DNA of 64,000 bases from Microbacterium sp. GTDB taxonomy: Bacteria > Actinomycetota > Actinomycetes > Actinomycetales > Microbacteriaceae. The position numbers were made by a program, and so were the translations under genes. Numbering within the stretch: the first letter of the stretch is position 1; each line of letters opens with the position of its first letter. Of the stretch, positions 36,998 through 46,453 are shown in pieces. Location of the stretch: NCBI RefSeq assembly GCF_040394595.1, contig NZ_JBEBSA010000002.1, forward strand, positions 381,137 to 445,136, written 5' to 3'. The notes beneath the pieces are model-generated. The model saw nothing but the letters and a program-made list of their open reading frames with translations, did not search any database and was not told the DNA's origin.

Positions 36998-37569
36998 GCG
37001 GGTCGTCTCCCTTCCGCGGCATCCGCCACGATCTTCGCAATGCGTCCGGCGCGGGTCTCCGCGCGCTTCGCCATCGCGATCTGCGTGAGACCCATCTTGC
37101 GCGATGAAGCAGGGAACGCGTCCCAGCCGGCCCGTGCGGCGGGCGAGGCGTCGAGGGCCGCGGTCAGGTCGTCGGGCTCGATCCCCGCCTCGGGGCCGTC
37201 GAGCACCGACCAGGAACCGTTCGCCTTCGCGACCTCGATCGCGCGGAGCCCGGCGGCCTCGAGCAGCCCCTCGGCCTCGAGCAGCGCGATGCGCGCCTTG
37301 TTCGTCGCCGCCCAACCGCTCGACGCGCGGCGCGGAGCGAACCACAGGCCGCCGATCCGCTCGTCGAAGCTGCGCACCGGACCGTCGATCCATCCGAAGC
37401 ACAGCGCCTGGAGGATCGCCTCCTCGTAGCCGACGTGCACGTCGTCGTTCCCGGGTCGAGGCCGCACGAGCCACGCGCCGGTGGACGTTCCGTGGTTCTC
37501 GGACAGCCACGAGCGCCACGCCGCGGCATCCGCGGCGATCACCCGTTCGCCCTCGTCGAGCGCTCCCAT
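36994..37569 (-). CDS. YdeI/OmpD-associated family protein
   Basis: 191 aa. WRSWLSENH, CFGWIDG and the C-terminal KRAETRAGRIAKIV are typical of the family. Confidence 0.8.
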   Translation of the reverse strand: MGALDEGERVIAADAAAWRSWLSENHGTSTGAWLVRPRPGNDDVHVGYEEAILQALCFGWIDGPVRSFDERIGGLWFAPRRASSGWAATNKARIALLEAEGLLEAAGLRAIEVAKANGSWSVLDGPEAGIEPDDLTAALDASPAARAGWDAFPASSRKMGLTQIAMAKRAETRAGRIAKIVADAAEGRRPA

Positions 37570-38348
37570 CAGCCCTCCGGCACGAGGTCGGCGACCGAGC
37601 CGACCACCTCGTCCGGGCGGAACGGGTACTTCTCGATCTCCGCGCGGTCGCTGATCCCGGTCATCACGAGCACGGTGTGCAGACCGGCCTCGATGCCCGC
37701 GACGATGTCGGTGTCCATCCGGTCGCCGATCATGCCGGTCTTCTTGGAGTGCGCGCCGATCTTGTTCAGGGCCGAGCGGAACATCATCGGATTGGGCTTG
37801 CCCACCACGTAGGGCTCCTTGCCGGTCGCCTTCGTGATGAGGGCGGCGATCGCGCCGGTGGCGGGCAGGGGACCGTCGGCGCTCGGGCCGGTGGCGTCGG
37901 GGTTGGTCACGATGAACCGCGCCCCGCCGTTGATGAGCCGGATCGCCTTGGTGATCGCCTCGAAGGAGTAGTTGCGGGTCTCGCCGACCACGACGAAGTC
38001 GGGTGCGGTCTCGGTCATGATGAACCCCGCGTCGTGCAGGGCGGTGAGGATGCCGGCCTCGCCGACCACGAACGCGGATCCGCCGGGCACCTGCTGCCGG
38101 AGGAACTCCGCGGTGGCGAGCGCAGAGGTCCAGATCCGCTCTTCGGGGACGTGTAGCCCGCTCGCCCGGAGCCGCGCGGACAGGTCGCGCGCGGTGAAGA
38201 TCGAGTTGTTCGTCAGCACGAGGTAGGGCGTTCCCGACGCCTCCCAGCCGGCGAGCAGCTCGGAGGCCCCGGGGATGGCGTCGTTCTCATGGACGAGCAC
38301 GCCGTCCATGTCGGTGAGCCAGCATTCGATGTCCGAGCGTTCTGCCAT
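37569..38348 (-). CDS. HAD-IIA family hydrolase (NagD-like)
   Basis: 259 aa. It has DMDGVL motif I, LTNNS and GDRMDTDI. Confidence 0.9.
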   Translation of the reverse strand: MAERSDIECWLTDMDGVLVHENDAIPGASELLAGWEASGTPYLVLTNNSIFTARDLSARLRASGLHVPEERIWTSALATAEFLRQQVPGGSAFVVGEAGILTALHDAGFIMTETAPDFVVVGETRNYSFEAITKAIRLINGGARFIVTNPDATGPSADGPLPATGAIAALITKATGKEPYVVGKPNPMMFRSALNKIGAHSKKTGMIGDRMDTDIVAGIEAGLHTVLVMTGISDRAEIEKYPFRPDEVVGSVADLVPEG

Positions 38349-38387
38349 GGGTCCAGCGTAGTGAGCGGGGGCGAACGGCTGGTGCGC

Positions 38388-39179
38388 TCAGCGGTGGGTG
38401 GCGAAGAAGGCGGCGGCGCGGGCCGGCCAGGTGCGCACCTGCTCCACGTCCTCGGCGACGACGGCCTCCGAGTCGCGAAGGAGCTCCGACAGCCGCTCCG
38501 TGGTGGACACCGGATGCCCGGGGTCGGTGGCCCAGGCCAGCAGCAGCGCCGGCACGTCGATCTGCGCGACGAGCCCCGCATCGGGCATGTCGCTCTTCCC
38601 GGCCCCGCGGAACACCGAGGGCAGCAGCGCGGGATCGAGTGTCGGGGGTCCGGGCACCCAGACATCGGCGAAGATCGGCGGGGGAGGCGTGGAGGCGGCC
38701 AACGCGGCGAACTCCTCGGCCGGGAGCGACTCGGCCGCGACGGCGGTCTGCTCGTACATCGCCCCCTGAGCGACACGGGTCTCCCAGGCGGTCGGCGGTG
38801 CGGCCAGCGCGACCGCACGGAACCGCTCGGGGCGTCGGGTGAGCGCATGGATGATCGTGGCGGTGCCCATCGAGGTCCCGATCGCGTACACGGGCTCCTC
38901 GGGCGAGAGGTCGTCGACGAGCGCGAGCAGATCGGTCGCGAGGTTCGGCCAGAGATAGTCCTCCGGCACGGGGCGTCCGGTCGAGCGTCCGTGCCCCCGC
39001 GCGTCGTACGACACCACGCGGAACCCGGCGTCGGCGAGCTCGTCCCACAGGGCGAGCTTCCCCTCTCTCTCGACCTCGCGACTCGCGCTCAGCCCGTGCG
39101 CGACGACGACGGTCGGCCCTTCGCCGACGGAGGAGTATGCGAGGGTCGCGCCCTCGACCTCGAATGTCCGATCTGTCAT
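38388..39179 (-). CDS. alpha/beta hydrolase
   Basis: I place the start at MTDRTFEVEGATLAY inside the track ORF. It has the oxyanion motif VVAHG, YDARGHGRS, and GTSMG as the nucleophile elbow. Confidence 0.8.
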   Translation of the reverse strand: MTDRTFEVEGATLAYSSVGEGPTVVVAHGLSASREVEREGKLALWDELADAGFRVVSYDARGHGRSTGRPVPEDYLWPNLATDLLALVDDLSPEEPVYAIGTSMGTATIIHALTRRPERFRAVALAAPPTAWETRVAQGAMYEQTAVAAESLPAEEFAALAASTPPPPIFADVWVPGPPTLDPALLPSVFRGAGKSDMPDAGLVAQIDVPALLLAWATDPGHPVSTTERLSELLRDSEAVVAEDVEQVRTWPARAAAFFATHR

Positions 39180-39310
39180 GAGGTCAGCGTACGCGCGGCC
39201 GGGGACAGTCGTCCGCGGAGCGCGGAAACGCGTCCCGCAAGGCCCGCGGAGATGCGTTTCCGCGCACATACCGGGCCGGGCGCGCCGGGCCCGGTCCGGG
39301 CCGGGGAAGC

Positions 39311-39949
39311 TCAGGCGGTCAGCCAGATCGCGGCGAGGGCTCCGGACGGGAGCGAGAGCGGGGCGCCGTCGAGCAGCACGCCGTCGACGGAGACCGTCAG
39401 CGTGCGGCCGACGTCCACGCCGAGCGACTCCAGCGCCCGCAGCAGCTCGGGGTCGCGGTCGTCCACGCGCAGCACCCTGCCGGAATGGCCGGGGGCCGCA
39501 TCCGCCAGCAGCACGAAGGGCTCGCGATCGATCGCGCCCGAGGCGTCCGGGATCGCGTCGCCGTGCGGATCGAACCGCGGGCGTCCGAGCCGGGCGTCGA
39601 TCCCTTCGAGCAGCCGGTCGCTGATGGTGTGCTCCAGCACCTCGGCCTCGTCGTGCACCTCATCCCAGGCGTAGTCGAACTCCTGCACCAGCCAGGTCTC
39701 GATCAGCCGGTGGCGGCGCAGCATCGCGAGGGCGCGCTCGCGTCCGGCATCCGTCAGGCGCACGGCTCCATAGGGGACGTGCGACACGAGACCCGCGGCG
39801 GAGAGCTTCTTCACCATCTCGGTCACGCTCGACGGCGCGATGCCGAGCTTCGCGGCGAGCTGCGACGGCGTGATCGGCGCGTCCTGCCACTCGGTGTGCG
39901 CGTAGACCGTCTTGAGGTAGTCGTCGGCGGCGGGGGAGGCCATGGTCAT
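39311..39949 (-). CDS. mntR: DtxR/MntR family metal-dependent transcriptional regulator
   Basis: I place the start at MTMASPAADDYLKTVY. It has a DtxR-type HTH (LAAKLGIAPSSVTEMVKKL), a dimerisation region RRHRLIETWL and a C-terminal SH3-like domain. It sits in the same strand block as mntH. Confidence 0.8.
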   Translation of the reverse strand: MTMASPAADDYLKTVYAHTEWQDAPITPSQLAAKLGIAPSSVTEMVKKLSAAGLVSHVPYGAVRLTDAGRERALAMLRRHRLIETWLVQEFDYAWDEVHDEAEVLEHTISDRLLEGIDARLGRPRFDPHGDAIPDASGAIDREPFVLLADAAPGHSGRVLRVDDRDPELLRALESLGVDVGRTLTVSVDGVLLDGAPLSLPSGALAAIWLTA

Positions 39950-40251
39950 CGCCCCAGGGTGGTGAGCACGATGAAGGCGCCCTGGCCCGCGAAGAAGCAG
40001 ATCGGGAAGCCGGCGAGGGCGGCGAGCAGGGAGAGACGTCCGTCGTAGTCCTCGACCTCGCGCGTGCCGATCGCGCGGGCGCGGAACGCGAAGACGAGCG
40101 TCAGGACGCCGAGGGCGAGCTGCACCCACGGGCCGCCCCAGGGCAGCAGCCGCGGCCAGATGAGCAGCACGACGCCGAGCACCGCGGTGCCGAGCGCGAT
40201 CCAGGTGCACAGACGCACGCGGCGGCGGGCATCGGAATCGTCACGGGCCAT
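39946..40251 (-). CDS. small membrane protein (101 aa), hypothetical
   Basis: It has three hydrophobic segments. Its stop overlaps the mntR start (ATGA). Confidence 0.6.
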   Translation of the reverse strand: MARDDSDARRRVRLCTWIALGTAVLGVVLLIWPRLLPWGGPWVQLALGVLTLVFAFRARAIGTREVEDYDGRLSLLAALAGFPICFFAGQGAFIVLTTLGR

Positions 40252-40324
40252 GCTCCGAGCCTACCCGTGGCGTGCGCGCGACCGGTTCCGGCGACGGGCG
40301 CCCGCGAACCGGTCGCGCGGATCG

Positions 40325-41581
40325 TCACCCTCCGGTGGCCACGAGCCAGAGGAGCATCGCGTTGAGTGCGATCAGCAGCACGGCGCAGACGATCCCGAGC
40401 ACGGTGGTCGCCCGACGGTTGGCGTGCTCGCCGAGCGTCTTCTTCTGCGCGGTGAGGGCCACGAGCGGGATCAGGGCGAACGGGATGCCGAAGGACAGCA
40501 CCACCTGGCTGAGGATCAGCGCGAACGTCGGGTCGATGCCGATGGCGAGGATCGCGAGGGCGGGGATCAGCGTCACCAGGCGGCGGGTGATCAGCGGCAC
40601 CCGCACCGACAGCAGCCCGTGCATGATCTCCGCGCCGGCGTAGGCGCCGACCGACGTCGAGGCGAGTCCGGACGCGAGCAGCGCGACGGCGAAGAGCACC
40701 CCGATCACCGGGCCGAGCGCCGCGGTCAGGGCGGCGTGGGCGCCCTCCAGCGTGTCGGTGCCCTCGACCCCCGGGAGGTTGGCGGCCGCGAGCAGCAGCA
40801 TCGCGAGGTTCACCGATCCGGCGACGGCCATCGCGATCGTGACGTCCCACCGGGTGGCCGTCAGCAGGCGGCGGATGCCGGAGCCCTTCGCCCCGGGCTC
40901 ACCCCGCCTCTCGGGGGAGTCGCCGAAGCGGTCGCGGGCGAGTGCGGAGTGCGCGTAGATCGCATGGGGCATGATCGTCGCGCCGAGGATGGATGCGGCG
41001 AGCAGCACCGATCCGGAATCGGCGAACCTCGGCAGCAGGCCTCCGGCGACCGCGGCGGGATCGGGCGGGGCGATGAAGAGGCCGGCGACGAAGCCGATCG
41101 TGATGACGGCCATGAGCCCGATCACCACGAACTCGAAGTGGCGTGGACCGCGTCGCGACTGCACGGCGAGCAGCAGCATCGACACGACTCCGGTGATCAC
41201 GCCGCCGAGCAGCAGCGGGATGCCGAAGAGCAGCTGGAGGGCGACCGCGCCGCCGATGATCTCCGCGAGGTCTGTGGCGACGGCGACGAGCTCCGCCTGC
41301 AGCCAGTACCCCCTGCGGGCCCATGTCCCCGTCATGCGCTCGCCGAGGATCTCCGGGAGGCTGCGGCCCGTGACGACCCCGAGCTTGGCCGAGAGGTACT
41401 GGATCAGCCACGCCATCACGTTGCCGGCGACCACCACCCACACCAGCAGATAGCCGTACTCGGCTCCGGCGGACATGTTGCTCGCGACGTTGCCCGGGTC
41501 GAGGTACGCGACGCCGGCGACGAGCGCGGGCCCGAGCAGCCAGACTCCGCGCATCCTGGTCGGTGAAGTGGTTTTAGGCAT
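40325..41581 (-). CDS. mntH: Nramp family divalent metal (Mn2+/Fe2+) transporter
   Basis: I place the start at MPKTTSPTRMRGVWLLGPALVAGVAYLDPGN inside track ORF 40325..42175. The DPGN motif and polytopic body are Nramp hallmarks. Confidence 0.9.
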   Translation of the reverse strand: MPKTTSPTRMRGVWLLGPALVAGVAYLDPGNVASNMSAGAEYGYLLVWVVVAGNVMAWLIQYLSAKLGVVTGRSLPEILGERMTGTWARRGYWLQAELVAVATDLAEIIGGAVALQLLFGIPLLLGGVITGVVSMLLLAVQSRRGPRHFEFVVIGLMAVITIGFVAGLFIAPPDPAAVAGGLLPRFADSGSVLLAASILGATIMPHAIYAHSALARDRFGDSPERRGEPGAKGSGIRRLLTATRWDVTIAMAVAGSVNLAMLLLAAANLPGVEGTDTLEGAHAALTAALGPVIGVLFAVALLASGLASTSVGAYAGAEIMHGLLSVRVPLITRRLVTLIPALAILAIGIDPTFALILSQVVLSFGIPFALIPLVALTAQKKTLGEHANRRATTVLGIVCAVLLIALNAMLLWLVATGG

Positions 41582-41588
41582 GCCGAAA
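41572..41588. promoter_or_regulatory. candidate DtxR/MntR operator 1 (overlaps the mntH start codon)
   Basis: TTTTAGGCATGCCGAAA is an imperfect dyad (7 of 9 arm positions) with TTAGG...CC.AA character like DtxR-family boxes. Confidence 0.5.
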
Positions 41589-41598
41589 TCATAGTGAG

Positions 41599-41616
41599 TT
41601 TTCGGTGTACCTAAAA
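41599..41616. promoter_or_regulatory. candidate DtxR/MntR operator 2 (over the -35/spacer of the putative mntH promoter)
   Basis: TTTTCGGTGTACCTAAAA is an imperfect dyad (7 of 9). On the minus strand a TATGAT -10 (41588-41593) sits 6 nt before the ATG, which suggests a leaderless mntH. Confidence 0.5.
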
Positions 41617-41650
41617 ATTGCTCCCGGCGAGTCCCGGATACGCTGGCCGA

Positions 41651-42268
41651 GTGAACGACGAGACCCCGGAGCGCACCACGCACGGCGTCGGCCCGTACGA
41701 GGGCGAGTGGCCGGAGGGCGGGTGGTACGACCCCGAGCTCCTCGCGAACGGCGACACCCGCAACGTGATCGACCGCTACCGCTACTGGCGGATGGAAGCG
41801 ATCGTCGCCGACCTCGATGAGCGGCGGCATCCGTTCCACGTCGCGATCGAGAACTGGCAGCACGACATGAACATCGGCTCGATCGTGCGCAGCGCCAACG
41901 CCTTCCTGGCCGACACGGTGCACATCATCGGCCGGCGCCGCTGGAACAGACGGGGTGCCATGGTCACCGACCGCTATCAGCACGTCGTTCACCATGAGGA
42001 CGTCGCCGCCTTCGCCGCCTGGGCCGCGGACGCCGGGCTTCCGATCGTCGCGGTCGACAACGTGGGGGAGGCCGTGCCGGTGGACCGCGCCGAGCTCCCC
42101 GAGAGGTGTGTCCTGCTCTTCGGGCAGGAGGGGCCCGGGCTGTCGGAGGAGGCGCTCGCCGCCGCGTCGGCGCACATCGAGATCACCCAGTACGGATCGA
42201 CCAGGTCGATCAACGCGAGCGCCGCCGCGGCCGTCGTCATGTACGAGTGGTGTCGCCGGTACGCGTGA
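41651..42268 (+). CDS. TrmH/SpoU family RNA methyltransferase
   Basis: I chose the GTG start (VNDETPERT). NIGSIVRSANAF, LLFGQEGPGLS and GSTRSINASAAAAVVMYE are the three SpoU motifs. Confidence 0.8.
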   Translation: MNDETPERTTHGVGPYEGEWPEGGWYDPELLANGDTRNVIDRYRYWRMEAIVADLDERRHPFHVAIENWQHDMNIGSIVRSANAFLADTVHIIGRRRWNRRGAMVTDRYQHVVHHEDVAAFAAWAADAGLPIVAVDNVGEAVPVDRAELPERCVLLFGQEGPGLSEEALAAASAHIEITQYGSTRSINASAAAAVVMYEWCRRYA

Positions 42269-42295
42269 CCCCGCCCTTCTGCATCGTCTCCGTCT

Positions 42296-42360
42296 CCGTC
42301 TATTCGTCGCAAAGTGCCGTTATTCGACCCGAATAACGGCACTTTGCGACGAATAGACGG
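42296..42360. repeat. perfect palindromic element, copy 2
   Basis: CCGTCTATTCGTCGCAAAGTGCCGTTATTCG-ACC-CGAATAACGGCACTTTGCGACGAATAGACGG. It lies between the convergent trmH-like and MATE genes. Confidence 0.9.
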
Positions 42361-42392
42361 CTCGGGGTGCGGGGTCGGCTCGGGGTGCGGGC

Positions 42393-43712
42393 TCAGGCCG
42401 CGGCGTGCATCCAGCGATCGGAGCGCACCCGCCAGCCGAGCGTGAGGAGCCGGGCGACCAGGTACACGCCGAAGAACGCCACGGCGAGCCAGGTCAGTCC
42501 GGCCGCCCCGCCGACGCCCGTCGCCGAGATGATCCAGAGCACGGGGAGGAACGGCACGAGGTTCAGCACGCCGACGACCGCGAGGTAGCGGGCGTCGCCC
42601 GCGCCCATCAGCACCCCGTCGAGCACGAACACGATCCCTGCGATCGGCTGCGCCGCGGCGAGCACCAGCAGCGCGGGCTGCACGAGCGCCGCGACCTCCG
42701 CATCGCCGGTGAACACCAGCCCCAGCACGCCGGACGCGGCCGCGACGAGCGCGCCGACCACGACCCCGAACCAGGCGCCCCACGCCACCGTGCGGCGCAG
42801 CACCCGGACCACCTGGCGCTCGTCGCCCGCACCGAGCCCCTTGCCGATGAGCGCTTGCGCGGCGATCGCCAGCGCGTCGAGGGCGAAGGCCGCCGTGGAG
42901 AAGATCGTGTAGACGATCTGCCACCCGGCGAGCTCGGCGGTGCCGATGCCCGTCGCGATGCCCACCGTCGCCAGCAGCGCCACGCGGAGGCTGACCGTGC
43001 GCAGGAACAGCCACCCGCCCGACCTCGCCGTGCCGCGGATCCCGTCCCGCTGCGCGCGGAGGGAGGCCCCGTGCCGCCGGGCGAGCCGGCGGACGACGAG
43101 CACATAGGCGCCGACCATCCCCCACTGCGCGACGACGGTGCCGAATGCCGAGCCCGCGATGCCCCAGCCGAGCCCGTAGATGAAGAGCAGGTTCAGCAGG
43201 GCGTTCGCGCCGAAGCCGAGCCCGGCGATCCACAGCGGTGTGACGGTGTCCTGCATCCCGCGCAGCAGGCCGGTCGCGGCGAACACGATGAGCATGGCAG
43301 GCAGGCCCCACATCGAGATCGTCAGATAGGTGCGCGCCTCGGTCGCCACCGCGTCGGATGCGCCGAACAGGGACACCGTCCACGGCGCGGTCACCACTCC
43401 GATCACCGCGAGCACGGCCCCGAGCGCGAGGGCCAGCCACATCCCGTCGATCCCGACCGAGACCGCGTCGCCGGGCTTGCCCGCCCCGAAGCGCCGCGCG
43501 ACCGCGGGCGTGGTCGAGTAGGCGAGGAACACCATGAGCCCGACGATCGTCTGCAGCACCGCTCCGGCGATGCCGAGGCCCGCGAGCGGGGCCGTGCCGA
43601 GGTGTCCGACCAGCGCGCCGTCCACGATGAGGAACAGCGGCTCGGCGATCAGCGCGCCGAGCGCGGGCACCGAGAGCCGCAGGATCTCGCGGTTCAGGGA
43701 CGGGGTGGACAC
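42393..43712 (-). CDS. MATE family efflux transporter (DinF-like)
   Basis: 439 aa. ILRLSVPALGALIAEPLFLIVDGALVGHLG is the typical MATE N-terminus, followed by a 12-TM-like body. Confidence 0.9.
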   Translation of the reverse strand: MSTPSLNREILRLSVPALGALIAEPLFLIVDGALVGHLGTAPLAGLGIAGAVLQTIVGLMVFLAYSTTPAVARRFGAGKPGDAVSVGIDGMWLALALGAVLAVIGVVTAPWTVSLFGASDAVATEARTYLTISMWGLPAMLIVFAATGLLRGMQDTVTPLWIAGLGFGANALLNLLFIYGLGWGIAGSAFGTVVAQWGMVGAYVLVVRRLARRHGASLRAQRDGIRGTARSGGWLFLRTVSLRVALLATVGIATGIGTAELAGWQIVYTIFSTAAFALDALAIAAQALIGKGLGAGDERQVVRVLRRTVAWGAWFGVVVGALVAAASGVLGLVFTGDAEVAALVQPALLVLAAAQPIAGIVFVLDGVLMGAGDARYLAVVGVLNLVPFLPVLWIISATGVGGAAGLTWLAVAFFGVYLVARLLTLGWRVRSDRWMHAAA

Positions 43713-43786
43713 CCGATGAGCCTAGGGCCTCGTGCCGACATCCCGCGGCGGCGCCGGGCGTAGGGTGGGAGGACGGAGGTGCCGAG

Positions 43787-44323
43787 ATGCCCGACCCGGA
43801 AGACGCGAGAGAGGCGGAGGCCGCGGAGCAGCGGTCCGCGCCGAGCGTGCTGAACGCGCAGAACAAGGCCGAGATCGTCGAGGCGGCGATCCAGGTCGCG
43901 ATCCGTCGCGGCGAGTTCGACGACCTGCCCGGCGCCGGCAAGCCGATCGAGGGGCTCGGGACGCACCACGACCCGGACTGGTGGATCCGCCGGAAGATCG
44001 AGACCGAGAACCTCACGGGACTCGGCCCGCCGGCGATCATGCTGCGCAACGAGGATCGCACCCTCGAGAGGGAGCTCGACCGACTGCCCCGCGAGGAGGA
44101 TGTGCGCGAGGCGCTCGAGGACTTCAACCGCCGGGTGGTCGACGCCCGCCGGCAGCTCCTCGGCGGGCCGCCGGTCGTCACGAGGACCCGTGACGTGGAC
44201 GCCGAGGTGCGCGCCTGGCGCGAGCGGCGTCGCGGCCCTGCCGCCCCGGACGCCGCGGGAACGGAGCCGGAGCCCTCGGACGCGCCGTCCGAGGAGCGCC
44301 GGCGCTGGTGGCGCCGCGCCTGA
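43787..44323 (+). CDS. DUF1992 (DnaJC28-like) domain protein
   Basis: 178 aa. IRRGEFDDLPGAGKPI is the DUF1992 core motif. Confidence 0.7.
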   Translation: MPDPEDAREAEAAEQRSAPSVLNAQNKAEIVEAAIQVAIRRGEFDDLPGAGKPIEGLGTHHDPDWWIRRKIETENLTGLGPPAIMLRNEDRTLERELDRLPREEDVREALEDFNRRVVDARRQLLGGPPVVTRTRDVDAEVRAWRERRRGPAAPDAAGTEPEPSDAPSEERRRWWRRA

Positions 44324-44371
44324 GCGCATCCGGGCCCCCGGTCCGAGACCCGTCGGCATAGGCTGTGGTGC

Positions 44372-46336
44372 ATGACTGACGCTCTGCCCTCAGGCCTCGC
44401 CGTTTCCGAGTTCAGCTCCGGCATCCGCCCCCAGGACGACCTGTACCGCCATGTCAACGGCGCCTGGCTCGACCGCACCGAGATCCCCGACGACAAGGCG
44501 CGATGGGGCTCCTTCCATCAGCTCGCCGAGCAGGCCGAGAAGGACGTCCGCGCGATCATCGTGGAGTCCCAGGACGCCGCGGAGGGCACCCTCGCCCGCA
44601 AGGTCGGCGACCTCTACACGAGCTTCATGGACGAGGCGCGCATCGCCGCGGCGGGCGTCACCCCGCTCGCCGAGCTGCTCGCCGACGTCGAGCGGATCGA
44701 CGGCATCCCGGCGTTCCTGGCCACCGTCGGCCGGTTCGACCGGGAGGGCGTCGCCGCGCTGCTCGGCGTCTTCGTCGAGCCCGACCCCGGCAACCCCGAG
44801 CGCTACGTGCCGTTCCTCGTGCAGGCCGGGATCTCCCTGCCGGACGAGAGCTACTACCGGCTCGAGAGCTTCGAGAAGACCCGCGACGCCTACCGCGCCC
44901 ACCTCGAGCGGCTGCTCGGGCTCGCCGGCGTCGCCGACGTCGCGGGCACCGTCGAGCGCTCGATCTCCCTCGAGCACGAGATCGCCGCGAGCCACTGGGA
45001 CAACGTCGAGTCCCGCGACGCCGTGAAGACCTACAACCTGAAGACCTGGGACGAGCTGCAGCAGCTCGTGGGCGTCGACCTCTCGCCGTGGCGCGACGCG
45101 GTGGCGCCCTCCGCTCCCGACGCGTTCGCCGACGTGGTCGTCTATCAGCCCAGCTTCGTCGAGGGCCTCGGCGCCCTGCTCGTCGAGGACCGCCTCGACG
45201 ACTGGAAGGCCTGGCTGCGGGCCAAGGTCGTGCACGGGCTCGCCCCGTACCTCACCGACGACCTGGTGCAGGAGAACTTCGCGTTCTACGGCACCGAGCT
45301 CAGCGGGGTCCCGTCGATCCGCGAGCGCTGGAAGCGCGCCGTCTCGCTCGTCGAGGGATCGCTGGGCGACGCGGTCGGCAAGATCTACGTCGAGCGGCAC
45401 TTCCCGCCGGCGGCGAAGGCCGCGATGGACGAGCTCGTCGGGAACCTCATCGAGGCGTATCGCCAGAGCATCACGACGCTCGAGTGGATGAGCCCCGAGA
45501 CCCGTGAGCGTGCGCTCGCGAAGCTCGCCACGTTCCGCCCGAAGATCGGACACCCCGAGACCTGGCGCGACTACGAGGGCGTCGAGATCTCGGCATCCGA
45601 CCTCATCGGCAACGTCCGGCGCGCGACGATCTTCGAGCACGACCGCCAGATCGGGAAGGTCGGGCAGCCGATCGACCGCGACGAGTGGTTCATGCCGCCC
45701 CAGATGGTCAACGCGTACTACAACCCGCTGATGAACGAGATCGTCTTCCCCGCCGCGATCCTGCAGTATCCGTTCTTCGACGCCGGACGCGACGCCGCGG
45801 CGAACTACGGCGGCATCGGCTCGGTGATCGGGCACGAGATCGGCCACGGCTTCGACGATCAGGGCAGCCGCTACGACGGCGACGGACGTCTGCAGGACTG
45901 GTGGACGGATGCCGACCGCGCGGCCTTCGAGGAGCGCACCAAGGCGCTGATCGCGCAGTACGACGCCCTGGTCCCGCTCGGGCTGTCCGAGGAGAACCAC
46001 GTCAACGGGGCGCTGACGATCGGCGAGAACATCGGCGACCTGGGCGGCCTCGGCATCGCACTCAAGGCCTACGAGCTGTCGCTCCAGGGCGAGGACGCGC
46101 CCGAGATCGACGGGTACACGGGAGTCCAGCGGCTGCTGCTGTCCTGGGCGCAGGTCTGGCAGCAGAAGAGCCGTGAGGCGGAGACCATCCGCCTGCTGAC
46201 CATCGACCCGCACTCGCCGAACGAGTTCCGCTGCAACCAGATCGTGCGCAACATCGGCGCGTTCTACGACGCGTTCGACGTCGCCGAGGGCGATGCCCTG
46301 TTCCTCCCTGCCGCAGAGCGCGTCACCATCTGGTGA
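44372..46336 (+). CDS. pepO: M13 family metallopeptidase (PepO/neprilysin-like)
   Basis: 654 aa. It has the zinc motif VIGHEIGHGFD, the downstream GENIGDLGG (ExxxD) and NAYY. Confidence 0.9.
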   Translation: MTDALPSGLAVSEFSSGIRPQDDLYRHVNGAWLDRTEIPDDKARWGSFHQLAEQAEKDVRAIIVESQDAAEGTLARKVGDLYTSFMDEARIAAAGVTPLAELLADVERIDGIPAFLATVGRFDREGVAALLGVFVEPDPGNPERYVPFLVQAGISLPDESYYRLESFEKTRDAYRAHLERLLGLAGVADVAGTVERSISLEHEIAASHWDNVESRDAVKTYNLKTWDELQQLVGVDLSPWRDAVAPSAPDAFADVVVYQPSFVEGLGALLVEDRLDDWKAWLRAKVVHGLAPYLTDDLVQENFAFYGTELSGVPSIRERWKRAVSLVEGSLGDAVGKIYVERHFPPAAKAAMDELVGNLIEAYRQSITTLEWMSPETRERALAKLATFRPKIGHPETWRDYEGVEISASDLIGNVRRATIFEHDRQIGKVGQPIDRDEWFMPPQMVNAYYNPLMNEIVFPAAILQYPFFDAGRDAAANYGGIGSVIGHEIGHGFDDQGSRYDGDGRLQDWWTDADRAAFEERTKALIAQYDALVPLGLSEENHVNGALTIGENIGDLGGLGIALKAYELSLQGEDAPEIDGYTGVQRLLLSWAQVWQQKSREAETIRLLTIDPHSPNEFRCNQIVRNIGAFYDAFDVAEGDALFLPAAERVTIW

Positions 46337-46354
46337 CCCGCACAGGCGGCTGAC

Positions 46355-46385
46355 GGGCGCCGGGGTTACGATATCCCCGGCGCCC
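46355..46385 (+). terminator. hairpin after pepO
   Basis: GGGCGCCGGGG-TTACGATAT-CCCCGGCGCCC forms an 11-bp stem, 19 nt beyond the stop. Confidence 0.55.
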
Positions 46386-46453
46386 GGAGGCGTCCCCCCG
46401 CGTCTCCGTACACCGATCTCCTCCTCAACTCCCCCTTGGTGGAAGGAATCAGC

